Of a stretch of 33,627 bases of DNA, positions 11,262-19,374 are shown one piece after another; position 1 is the first letter of the stretch; every line of letters starts with the position of its first letter. The notes below the pieces were generated by a model. It did not search any database. It was given only the letters and a program-made list of their open reading frames with translations, and had not been told where the DNA came from. Made by a program: the position numbers and the translations under genes. Source of the stretch: a virus (Duplodnaviria; Caudoviricetes); IMG/VR virus record IMGVR_UViG_3300037961_001367, positions 1-33,627 of that record. One strand, given 5' to 3'.

Positions 11262-11525
11262 TTAGTCACCATCTGTTTCTGCTATTGCAGTTCCATCAGA
11301 TACGTCTACTGCCGTACCATTATTGGATAACACCGTACAAAAATTTGTTGTAGGTGTGTTTGTATCTGCAACAATAATTACATCACGAACCGCTAACATA
11401 TTTGCGGCATCATTAAAGTAATTAGCGCTATTAACAGTAGCAATAGTATCTGTTGTAGTATATGCCCACAGATTCAGATTTGATGCTCCTGCTAATCTTG
11501 ATAATCCTGATGCACTAAAAGCCAT
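11262..11525 (-). CDS. Putative capsid decoration/cement protein
   Basis: Small beta-rich ORF right after the MCP; AAGGAG RBS favours the ATG at 11525 (MAFSASG...). Confidence 0.65.
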   Translation of the reverse strand: MAFSASGLSRLAGASNLNLWAYTTTDTIATVNSANYFNDAANMLAVRDVIIVADTNTPTTNFCTVLSNNGTAVDVSDGTAIAETDGD

Positions 11526-11536
11526 ATTCAATCTCC

Positions 11537-12352
11537 TTATGAATTATTATCAAGGACTTCATAGATACCATTGTCATCAATAACAACAGCACCCATTGAC
11601 ATCATTGAGGTTGCGAGGTGTGCCACTCTTTCTGGCACATAGTTCAACTCTGTTGATACATCATTGTTTACACCAAGGCCAACAGCAGATGTATGATAAG
11701 CAATATTTTTACCTGCCGTGATAGCCGCAGTTGAAAAAATCTTAAAACCTAAAAACTCTTTCATTGTCATGCCACCTGCAAATGGTAGGTTCTGCTCTCC
11801 AACAAAATCAGATGAAGCAAATTCTGTTATATTAAACAAATCTGCGTATCCTTTTGGATGCATTGCCAAATATCTTTGCCCATCTTCTGGAATATTTGCA
11901 GTACCAAATGTTTCAAATAATGATAACAAATCTGCTTTTGCAAGTGCTGAACCTGTATCATGTATCTGAGTTGAATTAGCACCTGAGTCCATAGCTGTAT
12001 ATAGTAACTCGTCAGTCTTACGACCAAGAGCCGCCGCCGCAGATTGAGCAACAACTTGACGTTCATTAATATTTGTTTTCAATTCATCAAGTTTATCAAT
12101 ATATTCTGCCGCATAAAAGTCCTGCATTGTTACTTCAACAGTGGTATGCGCCAATTCCATTGGTGTCACTAAACCATTTCGTGACTTTGTAGACGCTGAA
12201 CCCTTTGCTATTTTTTGGAAACGAACTGTGTTTCCAGTTACATTACCAACAGTTCTTACAGTGTTGCGCAATTTAGACCCCATTCTCTGGTAAGCCATAT
12301 GCACATCTGATTCAAACTGTTTGATAAAAGCTGTGTCAATACTATTTGCCAT
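11537..12352 (-). CDS. Major capsid protein
   Basis: AFIKQFESDVHMAYQRMGSKLR, YIDKLDELK and AAAALGRKTD motifs; strong AAAAGGAG RBS; lies downstream of the scaffold gene. Confidence 0.9.
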   Translation of the reverse strand: MANSIDTAFIKQFESDVHMAYQRMGSKLRNTVRTVGNVTGNTVRFQKIAKGSASTKSRNGLVTPMELAHTTVEVTMQDFYAAEYIDKLDELKTNINERQVVAQSAAAALGRKTDELLYTAMDSGANSTQIHDTGSALAKADLLSLFETFGTANIPEDGQRYLAMHPKGYADLFNITEFASSDFVGEQNLPFAGGMTMKEFLGFKIFSTAAITAGKNIAYHTSAVGLGVNNDVSTELNYVPERVAHLATSMMSMGAVVIDDNGIYEVLDNNS

Positions 12353-12392
12353 AGTATATCTCCTTTTTACAGTTAAATTTTACTTCGTCTAT

Positions 12393-12441
12393 GCAGTTGT
12401 CTATTTAGGGTCATCTCATTGCAATTATCCAAAAGGGTTGC
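12393..12441 (-). promoter_or_regulatory. Tandem ACCC-N5/6-GAYAAYTGC motif in the MCP leader
   Basis: GCAACCCTTTTGGATAATTGC (12441-12421) and GACCCTAAATAGACAACTGC (12412-12393). Confidence 0.45.
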
Positions 12442-12993
12442 TCAATGATAAATAGGCTGTGACTTTGTATTATAAGACATACTTTCATCAACATTGCAAC
12501 GAAAAAACTGCAAAAACTCATGTTGATTGTGTAAATACTTTCTTTCTATGTCAAAAACAAACCCACACCACGCTAACCAACGCATAGTTTTTTTGTGAGT
12601 ATCAGGAACAAAATTAAAAATAACTTTGAAATTTCCTTGTAAAATATCAATAACTTCAGGACATTTTTTTAAAAATGATAAATAATGTTTATTTAATTCT
12701 TTAGTAGCAAGAAACCAAACTTTGCCTATATCTTCATTAATAGGAGAAACCCCCATCATAGCAATAGGTTTATTGTAGTCTATTAATGTATATGATGTTT
12801 TTTCTGATTCTATAAAGCTATCATAAATAGCTTCATAAGGTGCAACATCATACATTTCTAGTTCTAGTTTGTCTTCATCCCTCAAATTATCTGCAATATA
12901 CGGGATATCATCATAGGTAGCTTTTACTAAAAATAGTTTACCACTTTTGCAAAGGACATTTCTAGCCGTATAAGGTGGCAAAGCCATCATCAA
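12442..12993 (-). CDS. GNAT-like protein of the T7 gp13/DUF2833 type
   Basis: IADNLRDEDKLEL, IAMMGV...GKVWFLAT and FNFVPDTHKKTMRWLAWCGF motifs; start codon uncertain because it overlaps the scaffold end. Confidence 0.7.
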   Translation of the reverse strand: MMMALPPYTARNVLCKSGKLFLVKATYDDIPYIADNLRDEDKLELEMYDVAPYEAIYDSFIESEKTSYTLIDYNKPIAMMGVSPINEDIGKVWFLATKELNKHYLSFLKKCPEVIDILQGNFKVIFNFVPDTHKKTMRWLAWCGFVFDIERKYLHNQHEFLQFFRCNVDESMSYNTKSQPIYH

Positions 12994-13675
12994 TTTCTTT
13001 AATAAACGCAGGGTCTTGTTTAGATGGATTCCAATATCTTGGGTCTTTCATTTTTGCTTGCAACTCTTCTAAACTTACTGTTCCTGCTACCTGACTTCCT
13101 TCTACTGGTAATGAATTTTCTTTTTGCTGATTCATTACATATTCTAAAACTTTAATTCCATCTGCTGATGTTCCAAGATTAGCAACAGAATTATGCAATT
13201 CTTCTGGAAAGTATTTCTTAGAAAACAACCCAACAGCATCTATTCTTTCTTTATGGTTATCTCCTAATTTTTTTTGCTCTTCTTCTTCTGTGGGAAATAA
13301 AGACTCAATAGCATCAACATAAATTTTTATACCTTCTTCAAATTGTTCTTGGCTATATCCATTATCAAATGCTTGCCCTGCCCACCATTGCAAAAGATTA
13401 TTATCTACCGCTTGCGCTTCGTCAATTTCTTTGGGGAGCTTGTAGTCGCCGCTTTTTTCTGGACGGTTTTCGTAACGCTTGGCTTCCGCTTCTGCCAAAA
13501 CTTGCTCACGAATTTCTTTATCCTTTTGACCAAGTTTTGTTTCAAGATTTTCATAAGATTTAACAAGTTCTTCTCCTGTTTTAAATTTTTCTGGCAACCA
13601 TTCTGGTCGTATAGGCTCAGATGTTTCACGTGAAACATTCTCTTCTACAGTCTCTTGTGTTGTTTCTTCAGCCAT
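12962..13675 (-). CDS. Capsid scaffolding protein
   Basis: Acidic helical protein with RPEWLPEKF, LVKSYENLETKLG and MKDPRYW motifs; GAAAGGA RBS favours the ATG at 13675. Confidence 0.85.
   Translation of the reverse strand: MAEETTQETVEENVSRETSEPIRPEWLPEKFKTGEELVKSYENLETKLGQKDKEIREQVLAEAEAKRYENRPEKSGDYKLPKEIDEAQAVDNNLLQWWAGQAFDNGYSQEQFEEGIKIYVDAIESLFPTEEEEQKKLGDNHKERIDAVGLFSKKYFPEELHNSVANLGTSADGIKVLEYVMNQQKENSLPVEGSQVAGTVSLEELQAKMKDPRYWNPSKQDPAFIKEIDDGFATLYG
13622..13637. promoter_or_regulatory. parS: parS site (consensus chromosomal ParB-binding palindrome) within the scaffold CDS
   Basis: TGTTTCACGTGAAACA, an exact match to the canonical 16-bp parS; extends to an 18-bp perfect palindrome at 13621-13638. 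Confidence 0.8.
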
Positions 13676-13934
13676 TTTTATTCCTTTCATGTTTTATCAT
13701 TCTGTTTTCAATTAATCCAACAATATATCTTTGTCCTTCTACATGTCGTAATACATCATTAGTAACAGCAGAACCATGTATAGATTGTGTTGTTATACTT
13801 TTAAGATATGTTAAAACTGCATTTCCTGTAGGGCTTGTAAACAAAGTATGAATGTTAGCATTTATTTGTTTTTCTAATTCAATTGGTCTGGGAAATCCAT
13901 CAATACCTAAATTAGTTTGTTTATTCTGCGGCAA
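13668..13934 (-). CDS. Bbp19-like small head-module protein
   Basis: FTSPTGNAVLTYLKS...EGQRYIV motif, located between portal and scaffold. Confidence 0.7.
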   Translation of the reverse strand: MPQNKQTNLGIDGFPRPIELEKQINANIHTLFTSPTGNAVLTYLKSITTQSIHGSAVTNDVLRHVEGQRYIVGLIENRMIKHERNKNG

Positions 13935-15474
13935 TCTGTTGTTCTCCTTGCATTTGAGCCATTTGCTGTTGCATCTGTTGCATCTGTTGAATTTGCTGAA
14001 TCATCTGATCTCGTTCTATTTTATCTCTTACAAGATTATCTGGAACACCAAATTTCTTAGCAAGATATGCGGCAGATTCTTCAGAATTAATTAAGATATT
14101 CAACATTTCTGGGCCAAATGTACCCCCTACAGTTTGCAGGAATCTAGCCATTGATGAAATATCTTGATTTGCCTGTGCCTGTGAGAGTGGAGAAACAGAA
14201 CGTATTTTAACTTGCCTTCCATTTACAGTAGGCAATTCAATGCGTCCTTGTTTTTTCAGTATATACACAACTCTTTGTAATACTGGTTGTACTAATTCCG
14301 CTTGTAATCTTCCAAAAGCAGAACCAATACGTCTTGAAAGGTCAGCCATACGTTCTGCTATTTCTGTTGCAGTAGCAGGGGTACGATCTGGATTTCCAAG
14401 CATGTCATTATATAAAGCTCTTTTAATATTTAATCTCATATCTGAAAGAATTAAGTTAGCAACATCAAAAGAACCTGCGGCTCTTATGGGTTGTAAACCT
14501 CCAGAGTTAGGTGCTTTAGGTATAACAGTTCCAGGAACTAGAGATATAGTATCTGGGTTTACAATGCCGTCATCATCCATCTGGTATATGCCTGATATAG
14601 CCATCTGTGCATTTTCAAGTATAAGTTCTATAGTAAGGTTAGTAGTTTTAATTGCACTTAATGCATTAATTAATGGCCCTCTTCCATAAACCTCACCTGC
14701 ACATTTAGACCAACGAAAACATATAAAAGGATTAGATCCTAAACCTTTAAATGAATCTTTGCGTATGCATGTTTTTGTAGTTGTGTCTATAACATGTAAA
14801 AGAAACACATCTTCATTTACTTGCGAATAATCTCTCGCAATAACTTCTAGTATTTTTGTTTTAGTATCTGGTGATGATTCTGTATATCTTAATAGTTCTT
14901 CTGTAAATGTACCATTGGGATATAAAATTGGCAAATCTTCAAATCTTACTTTTCTTTCTCTATAGACATGATCTATTTTGTCATCTGGCCCTGTATCTAA
15001 AACCACATGAGGTAAAGGAATAGCAGAGAAAACAACAGGATTAACAGCATCACCTTCTTGTACATGAAGTACTCCTGTACCCACAGCCAAATCCATAAAA
15101 CTTTCGTGAACCTCTTGTCCAAAATTAGAGTTCTGAATAACTTCAAATACATATTCAGTAACTTCATCAAGGTCGTTATTAACACCATCCCTCTCCTCTT
15201 TTGGGACTTCGCTTCCTGCTGTAAAATCTGCCCATCTTGCAAAGTTAGGAACTAATCCAGACTGTAATCTGGATGCAAATTCCTGTACACCAACAACAGC
15301 AGTCTCATCAAATATCTTATCATCTCTTCTTTCTCCTACTGATTCAGTATAAAAAGATTCTCTTTGCGGCAACGCATATTCATAGCACTCTTCAAACAAA
15401 TCTTCAAAATGTTGTCTATGTGCTTTTGCTCTATCATACTTTTCAAGATATTTTTGTGCTATTAAATCGTCCAT
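13921..15474 (-). CDS. Portal / head-to-tail connector (T7 gp8/BPP-1 Bbp21 type)
   Basis: FDETAVVGVQEFASRLQSGLVP, DLAVGTG, RWSKCAGEVYGRGP and TATEIAER motifs. Confidence 0.95.
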   Translation of the reverse strand: MDDLIAQKYLEKYDRAKAHRQHFEDLFEECYEYALPQRESFYTESVGERRDDKIFDETAVVGVQEFASRLQSGLVPNFARWADFTAGSEVPKEERDGVNNDLDEVTEYVFEVIQNSNFGQEVHESFMDLAVGTGVLHVQEGDAVNPVVFSAIPLPHVVLDTGPDDKIDHVYRERKVRFEDLPILYPNGTFTEELLRYTESSPDTKTKILEVIARDYSQVNEDVFLLHVIDTTTKTCIRKDSFKGLGSNPFICFRWSKCAGEVYGRGPLINALSAIKTTNLTIELILENAQMAISGIYQMDDDGIVNPDTISLVPGTVIPKAPNSGGLQPIRAAGSFDVANLILSDMRLNIKRALYNDMLGNPDRTPATATEIAERMADLSRRIGSAFGRLQAELVQPVLQRVVYILKKQGRIELPTVNGRQVKIRSVSPLSQAQANQDISSMARFLQTVGGTFGPEMLNILINSEESAAYLAKKFGVPDNLVRDKIERDQMIQQIQQMQQMQQQMAQMQGEQQIAAE

Positions 15475-15477
15475 AAC

Positions 15478-15708
15478 TTACTCTATTCCCCCAAAATATT
15501 TATTGAAGTAACCAATACCACCACCAGTACCAGTAATTAACGACCTTCTTCCAGTGCCACCCCTGCGTTTACTAATTATTTTTTGTAACGCATCCTGTTT
15601 GGCTTTTTTTGTTTCCTGTTTTGCAATTTCCTCTTGAGACTCTTGCTCAATTTCTACTTCTGGATCTGGTTTTGGCTCTGGTTCTCTTCTTCTACCACCT
15701 AAGCACAT
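15478..15708 (-). CDS. Small virion-associated protein upstream of the portal
   Basis: MC start, Pro/Glu-rich stretch and RRGGTGRRSLITG motif; AAGGAG RBS. Confidence 0.6.
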   Translation of the reverse strand: MCLGGRRREPEPKPDPEVEIEQESQEEIAKQETKKAKQDALQKIISKRRGGTGRRSLITGTGGGIGYFNKYFGGIE

Positions 15709-15719
15709 AGATATCTCCT

Positions 15720-17243
15720 TTACATTCTAGCCCACAACCCTTCTCGTCTGGGTTTTTTTACTTGTCTATTACGAAAAATATCAAAGCTACCTCTAGCATT
15801 AAACGATTTTAGGGGTACTTGTCCAGAAATTAATTGTCTACCCTCTCCTGCACCTAACATTAAATACTGTAAAGCATCATGAATATGAGAAAACATATTT
15901 TTTTCTGGTTTGTCAGCATATCTTTCTCCTGATACCTGCATACGTCTGTATGCATAGCCACCTTGAAATCCTTTTATTAAACTTTGACACCTTCTATCTA
16001 TCATAAAAGCAGGTTTGCCATCAGCCATTTTGGTAAGTTGTGAAGAAACAGACTCTAATCTTAAATCAACACTATTACTTGGTGCAGGATACGCAGTTAA
16101 TCCTGCTCCTCTTAGTATCTGAAATGGTGTAGATTCATCTGTTTGCGCTCTAAAGTCACCTGCTGGATCACCATAAATATTAATTTCAAGGTTATGAAAA
16201 CGAGTAGCTATTTCTTGTCTCAACAATTCTGCAAATCGCACAATACCCATATCAATTGCAACAATTTCAGCTTGTATTAACCATCGCCCTCTTACTTTCT
16301 GACCAAATACAGCCGCAGGTGTAAGTCCAAAGTCTATACCAATATACAAAGGCACACCAATAGCAATAGGTATTTCTTCTTCTGATACATGTGTTTCTGT
16401 TACAAACTGTGGATATACAGGTTTTCCTTCCTGTATTGTACCTAATTTATTCATTACATAAACATCTATCCAAGATTTGGTTTTGCCACGAATAAGATTA
16501 GAATAATAACTATCAAGCATGTTTTTTGTGTTTTCTGCTTTTTTATTATCCTTGTAATCATCTACTTCACCCTTATCATCAAGGGTTTCTATCATAGCAG
16601 GAGGTTGTACATAGAACTTCCAATTGTCAGGTTTGATTAACATCTTTGCCTGTTCCATAGGAATGTGATCAGGAACAGGAACTTCTCCAGACATAATGGC
16701 CCACCAGTGATCTTCTTCTGGTGCGTTGGTATCACAAATAACACCAGACCAAGTAGCACCACCATCACGCATAGAAGGAAACCTCCCACACCTCATAGTA
16801 CAAGCATCAATAATACTTTTTGGTATTTCTCTTGCTTCATTTACCCAAACACCAGTAACCTCAAGAGATAATAATTTTTTTACATCTTCTGGCCTGTCTA
16901 AGGCTAAGAAAATAACCTCAATATCTAAATCACCCTGCTGAATGTGGTGTGTATAGGGAACAGACCAATGAAACTTTCCCCACACACTCTCAGGAAACCA
17001 ATCTAACCAAGTCTTAATTGTTGTTGTTCTTAGTTGTGGATTGGTGTTACGAACAACAGCCCATCTTGTTTTGCGTTTTCCATCTTTATTCTTTTCCTGT
17101 TGTAATGCCCTTCTAAACAGTTCAACACAACAAGCAACAGATTTACCAGAACCAACAGGGCCACGAATACCTCTAAAAAATGTAGAGTCTTTCATAAACT
17201 CTTTAAGCACCTTGCCATCAGGTTTGTACTTAAAATCAGTCAT
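15720..17243 (-). CDS. terL: Terminase large subunit
   Basis: Walker A GPVGSGKS, Walker B VWVNE, coupling motif DTN, nuclease motifs GIDFG, GDPAG and SHIHDALQY. Confidence 0.95.
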   Translation of the reverse strand: MTDFKYKPDGKVLKEFMKDSTFFRGIRGPVGSGKSVACCVELFRRALQQEKNKDGKRKTRWAVVRNTNPQLRTTTIKTWLDWFPESVWGKFHWSVPYTHHIQQGDLDIEVIFLALDRPEDVKKLLSLEVTGVWVNEAREIPKSIIDACTMRCGRFPSMRDGGATWSGVICDTNAPEEDHWWAIMSGEVPVPDHIPMEQAKMLIKPDNWKFYVQPPAMIETLDDKGEVDDYKDNKKAENTKNMLDSYYSNLIRGKTKSWIDVYVMNKLGTIQEGKPVYPQFVTETHVSEEEIPIAIGVPLYIGIDFGLTPAAVFGQKVRGRWLIQAEIVAIDMGIVRFAELLRQEIATRFHNLEINIYGDPAGDFRAQTDESTPFQILRGAGLTAYPAPSNSVDLRLESVSSQLTKMADGKPAFMIDRRCQSLIKGFQGGYAYRRMQVSGERYADKPEKNMFSHIHDALQYLMLGAGEGRQLISGQVPLKSFNARGSFDIFRNRQVKKPRREGLWARM

Positions 17244-17422
17244 AAAGCATCAACATTACGATCTTTACCTACCTTTAATAGCTTTTCTTTAGTGCTATCA
17301 GCAATTGTAGCTATCATTTTATCAGCTTCATAATCAGTACAAAATTGTTCTGGGTGATGCTTTAAATGCACTTTCTTAACAACTATCCTAAGTATTCTTC
17401 TTTCTTCTGGTGTTAGTTTCAT
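17240..17422 (-). CDS. Hypothetical protein
   Basis: 60-aa ORF, ATGA-coupled to terL. Confidence 0.7.
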   Translation of the reverse strand: MKLTPEERRILRIVVKKVHLKHHPEQFCTDYEADKMIATIADSTKEKLLKVGKDRNVDAL

Positions 17423-17506
17423 TTTGTTGTTGTACCTTTTTAGCTAAAAATGTTTGAATGGGACTACTTACATATTGCATGGGTTAATGTTTTGGGTAGC
17501 CCTATG

Positions 17507-17884
17507 CTAAGTTAGATCTATATTCACTTTTATATCACCTGCGTGTAAATGCATGTGCTTTTCTGTAGCCTTATACCCTGCTCTATCTAGTATATCTTTG
17601 CTAGCTTCTAGCTGTACATACTCACTCTTAGCTCCATTTGCTAGCTTCATTATCTTTGCTGTTGCTATTGTAGCATTAATTCCAATCGCATTACTCACTT
17701 GGCTCATCATATACTGTTGCACATGTGGTTGCTTTAAAGCCTTCATAGCTGACACTCTACCTGATTCACCTTTAGCATATCCTGCTTCTTCTGATGCTTG
17801 TTTTATGCTACAGCCTTTTGCTACTAACGTATCCACCAATGCTGTTTGCTTCTGGGTTAAATTGCTCTTAACTGGTACTGTCAT
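17507..17884 (-). CDS. terS: Terminase small subunit
   Basis: LTQKQTALV...SIKQASEEAGY HTH motif and QLEASKDILDRAGYK; upstream of terL. Confidence 0.8.
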   Translation of the reverse strand: MTVPVKSNLTQKQTALVDTLVAKGCSIKQASEEAGYAKGESGRVSAMKALKQPHVQQYMMSQVSNAIGINATIATAKIMKLANGAKSEYVQLEASKDILDRAGYKATEKHMHLHAGDIKVNIDLT

Positions 17885-17890
17885 GCGTCC

Positions 17891-17920
17891 ACTCTAAGCT
17901 AATCCAAAACACCATGTCAA
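17891..17920 (-). promoter_or_regulatory. Sigma70-type promoter for terS, apparently leaderless
   Basis: TTGACA (17920-17915), N18, TAGAGT (17896-17891); the ATG starts 7 nt after the -10 box. Confidence 0.55.
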
Positions 17921-17940
17921 TACCATAATAACACAAATTC

Positions 17941-17957
17941 ATTCGCATGATGCGAAT
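17941..17957. promoter_or_regulatory. Operator-like palindrome between the divergent promoters
   Basis: ATTCGCAT-G-ATGCGAAT, perfect 8-bp arms. Confidence 0.55.
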
Positions 17958-17959
17958 AC

Positions 17960-17987
17960 TTGATAAAAGCTTGAAAGCTTTTATAAT
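17960..17987 (+). promoter_or_regulatory. Sigma70-type early promoter with a palindrome filling its spacer
   Basis: TTGATA, N16, TATAAT; ATAAAAGCTT-GA-AAGCTTTTAT at 17963-17984. Confidence 0.65.
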
Positions 17988-17993
17988 TCATAT

Positions 17994-18445
17994 CATCATC
18001 ATCAAACTCCCTAGCGATTATACCCACTGCGACACGCCCAACAATCCGCAGTACTTGTAAGCCCACTTGAAGTGGTCTTCCTGCGTGGATTGATGGGGGT
18101 CATTGTGGGTTATGGCTCAATAAACCCTATAGGCAAGGGTCGCAGGCAAGTGGGCGACCTCAACCAAAATAGAAGCAACAAGCCGTTCGCACCTGATAAA
18201 AGGTGCAGACCGTTTGTCGCATGCGATTTTGGTTGACCCATAGGGTTTATTAATCCTTGGATTACCATAGTTTGGATAAAATGTATTCAGACTTCTTCAT
18301 CAGATAGATGTAGTAGAAATAATCGTAGAAGTTGGTTACTTCTAAAGCAGTAAGAATCATCAGAGTTGGTTACTCTAAGAGTTGGAGAATGAACTTCAGA
18401 TCTAAAACAACCCTGCTAACAACAGCCCTACTACATCTGTCTACA
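17994..18445 (+). ncRNA. Putative large structured RNA (ncRNA or 5' leader) with three domains
   Basis: No ORF in the track. 122/240 G+C in 18001-18240 by hand count. Many nested helices, including 18119-18130/18240-18251, 18160-18170/18226-18236 and 18302-18316/18428-18442; G-U pairs favour the + strand. Confidence 0.7.
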
Positions 18446-18479
18446 ATATAAATATATTTCTAAATGAAAGGACTTCCAA

Positions 18480-19280
18480 ATGGAATATACAACTAAACAA
18501 ATAAATGATACAATAGAAACAATACTAGGTTTCACTGAAAAACGACCTACTGACAATGTGATCACTTGGCTCGTATATCAACAGTTCAGAGAGCTTTGTG
18601 GTGACTACCAACTCAAAGCTGAAACAAGTGAAGAGTATGACATCAAGACAGGGCAGATCCTCCCAGTAGAGTATGACCCTGTAGGTAAAAGGACATACTG
18701 GGGTGAACGCTTCTATACCCCAATCTTGAATGTACTGTCTCACTACAATGTGAATATACGAACAAAGGCAAATCAATCGCCAGTAGTTCACATGAAGACA
18801 GCGTTAGATCGTCAAAGTATTCAAGACAAAGACAGTACGGACAAGTACAAGTCAGTCAATACTTACACACATGAGGTGCAAGAGGACACTCAGGCAATCA
18901 TGGACGATAACAAGCTCCAACGAGAGAGGGCTGTCTTTGAAAACAACAGAGTGGGTTTTCCTAAGTTCATGGAGTGCGAATTGGCAATGCTAGCCTGTTT
19001 CAAATTGTTCTTCAATTATGAATACATGCACTGGACTAAGCAAAAGGAGCTTGAGGAACGTACAAAGAAATTGGCAGATGACAGACGTTCAGCTAATCAG
19101 TACGTAATGGCACTCCAAAAGAAGCTAACTGAAATCAGCAACGCGGCATCAAGCCTTAAGACTGCTGACGAAAAGAAAGCTAATAGTGCTGAGTTCACAA
19201 TGGTCGCCAAGATGCTAGAAGATGCTAAGGCAGACTCTGCTAAAATGGGTGAGGTAATTGATGCTGAAGTGGTATCGTAA
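18480..19280 (+). CDS. Orphan first early protein with a C-terminal coiled coil
   Basis: 266-aa ORF with RBS ATGAAAGGACT; no family recognised. Confidence 0.85.
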   Translation: MEYTTKQINDTIETILGFTEKRPTDNVITWLVYQQFRELCGDYQLKAETSEEYDIKTGQILPVEYDPVGKRTYWGERFYTPILNVLSHYNVNIRTKANQSPVVHMKTALDRQSIQDKDSTDKYKSVNTYTHEVQEDTQAIMDDNKLQRERAVFENNRVGFPKFMECELAMLACFKLFFNYEYMHWTKQKELEERTKKLADDRRSANQYVMALQKKLTEISNAASSLKTADEKKANSAEFTMVAKMLEDAKADSAKMGEVIDAEVVS

Positions 19281-19368
19281 CCTTAACTGGAAGGTAAAGG
19301 AGGTGATTGAGTTCACCTTCTTTATCCACCTAATAACAGCAATCTTGTTTATAGGTTGCCTACTCTAA
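19261..19368 (+). CDS. Putative 35-aa membrane peptide (MLKWYRNLNWKVKEVIEFTFFIHLITAILFIGCLL)
   Basis: Not in the ORF track. GAGGT lies 5 nt before the ATG; basic N-terminus followed by a roughly 20-aa hydrophobic helix; overlaps the previous stop. Confidence 0.5.
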   Translation: MLKWYRNLNWKVKEVIEFTFFIHLITAILFIGCLL

Positions 19369-19374
19369 TCCTCC

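Noticed and set aside
17437-17450. TTTTTAGCTAAAAA palindrome as a pac or terminus signal
   Set aside because: A low-complexity AT palindrome; its position after terS is suggestive but nothing else supports it.
17921-17970. dif-like XerCD site
   Set aside because: TTCGCAT resembles a XerC arm, but there is no TTATG-type XerD arm at 6-bp spacing in either orientation.
18297-18363. Two CTGATGA motifs on the minus strand (hammerhead core, or box C/D or TIGR-like repeats)
   Set aside because: No stem II followed by GAAA, no regular array periodicity, no recognisable Nop-domain gene, and wobble pairs favour the opposite strand.
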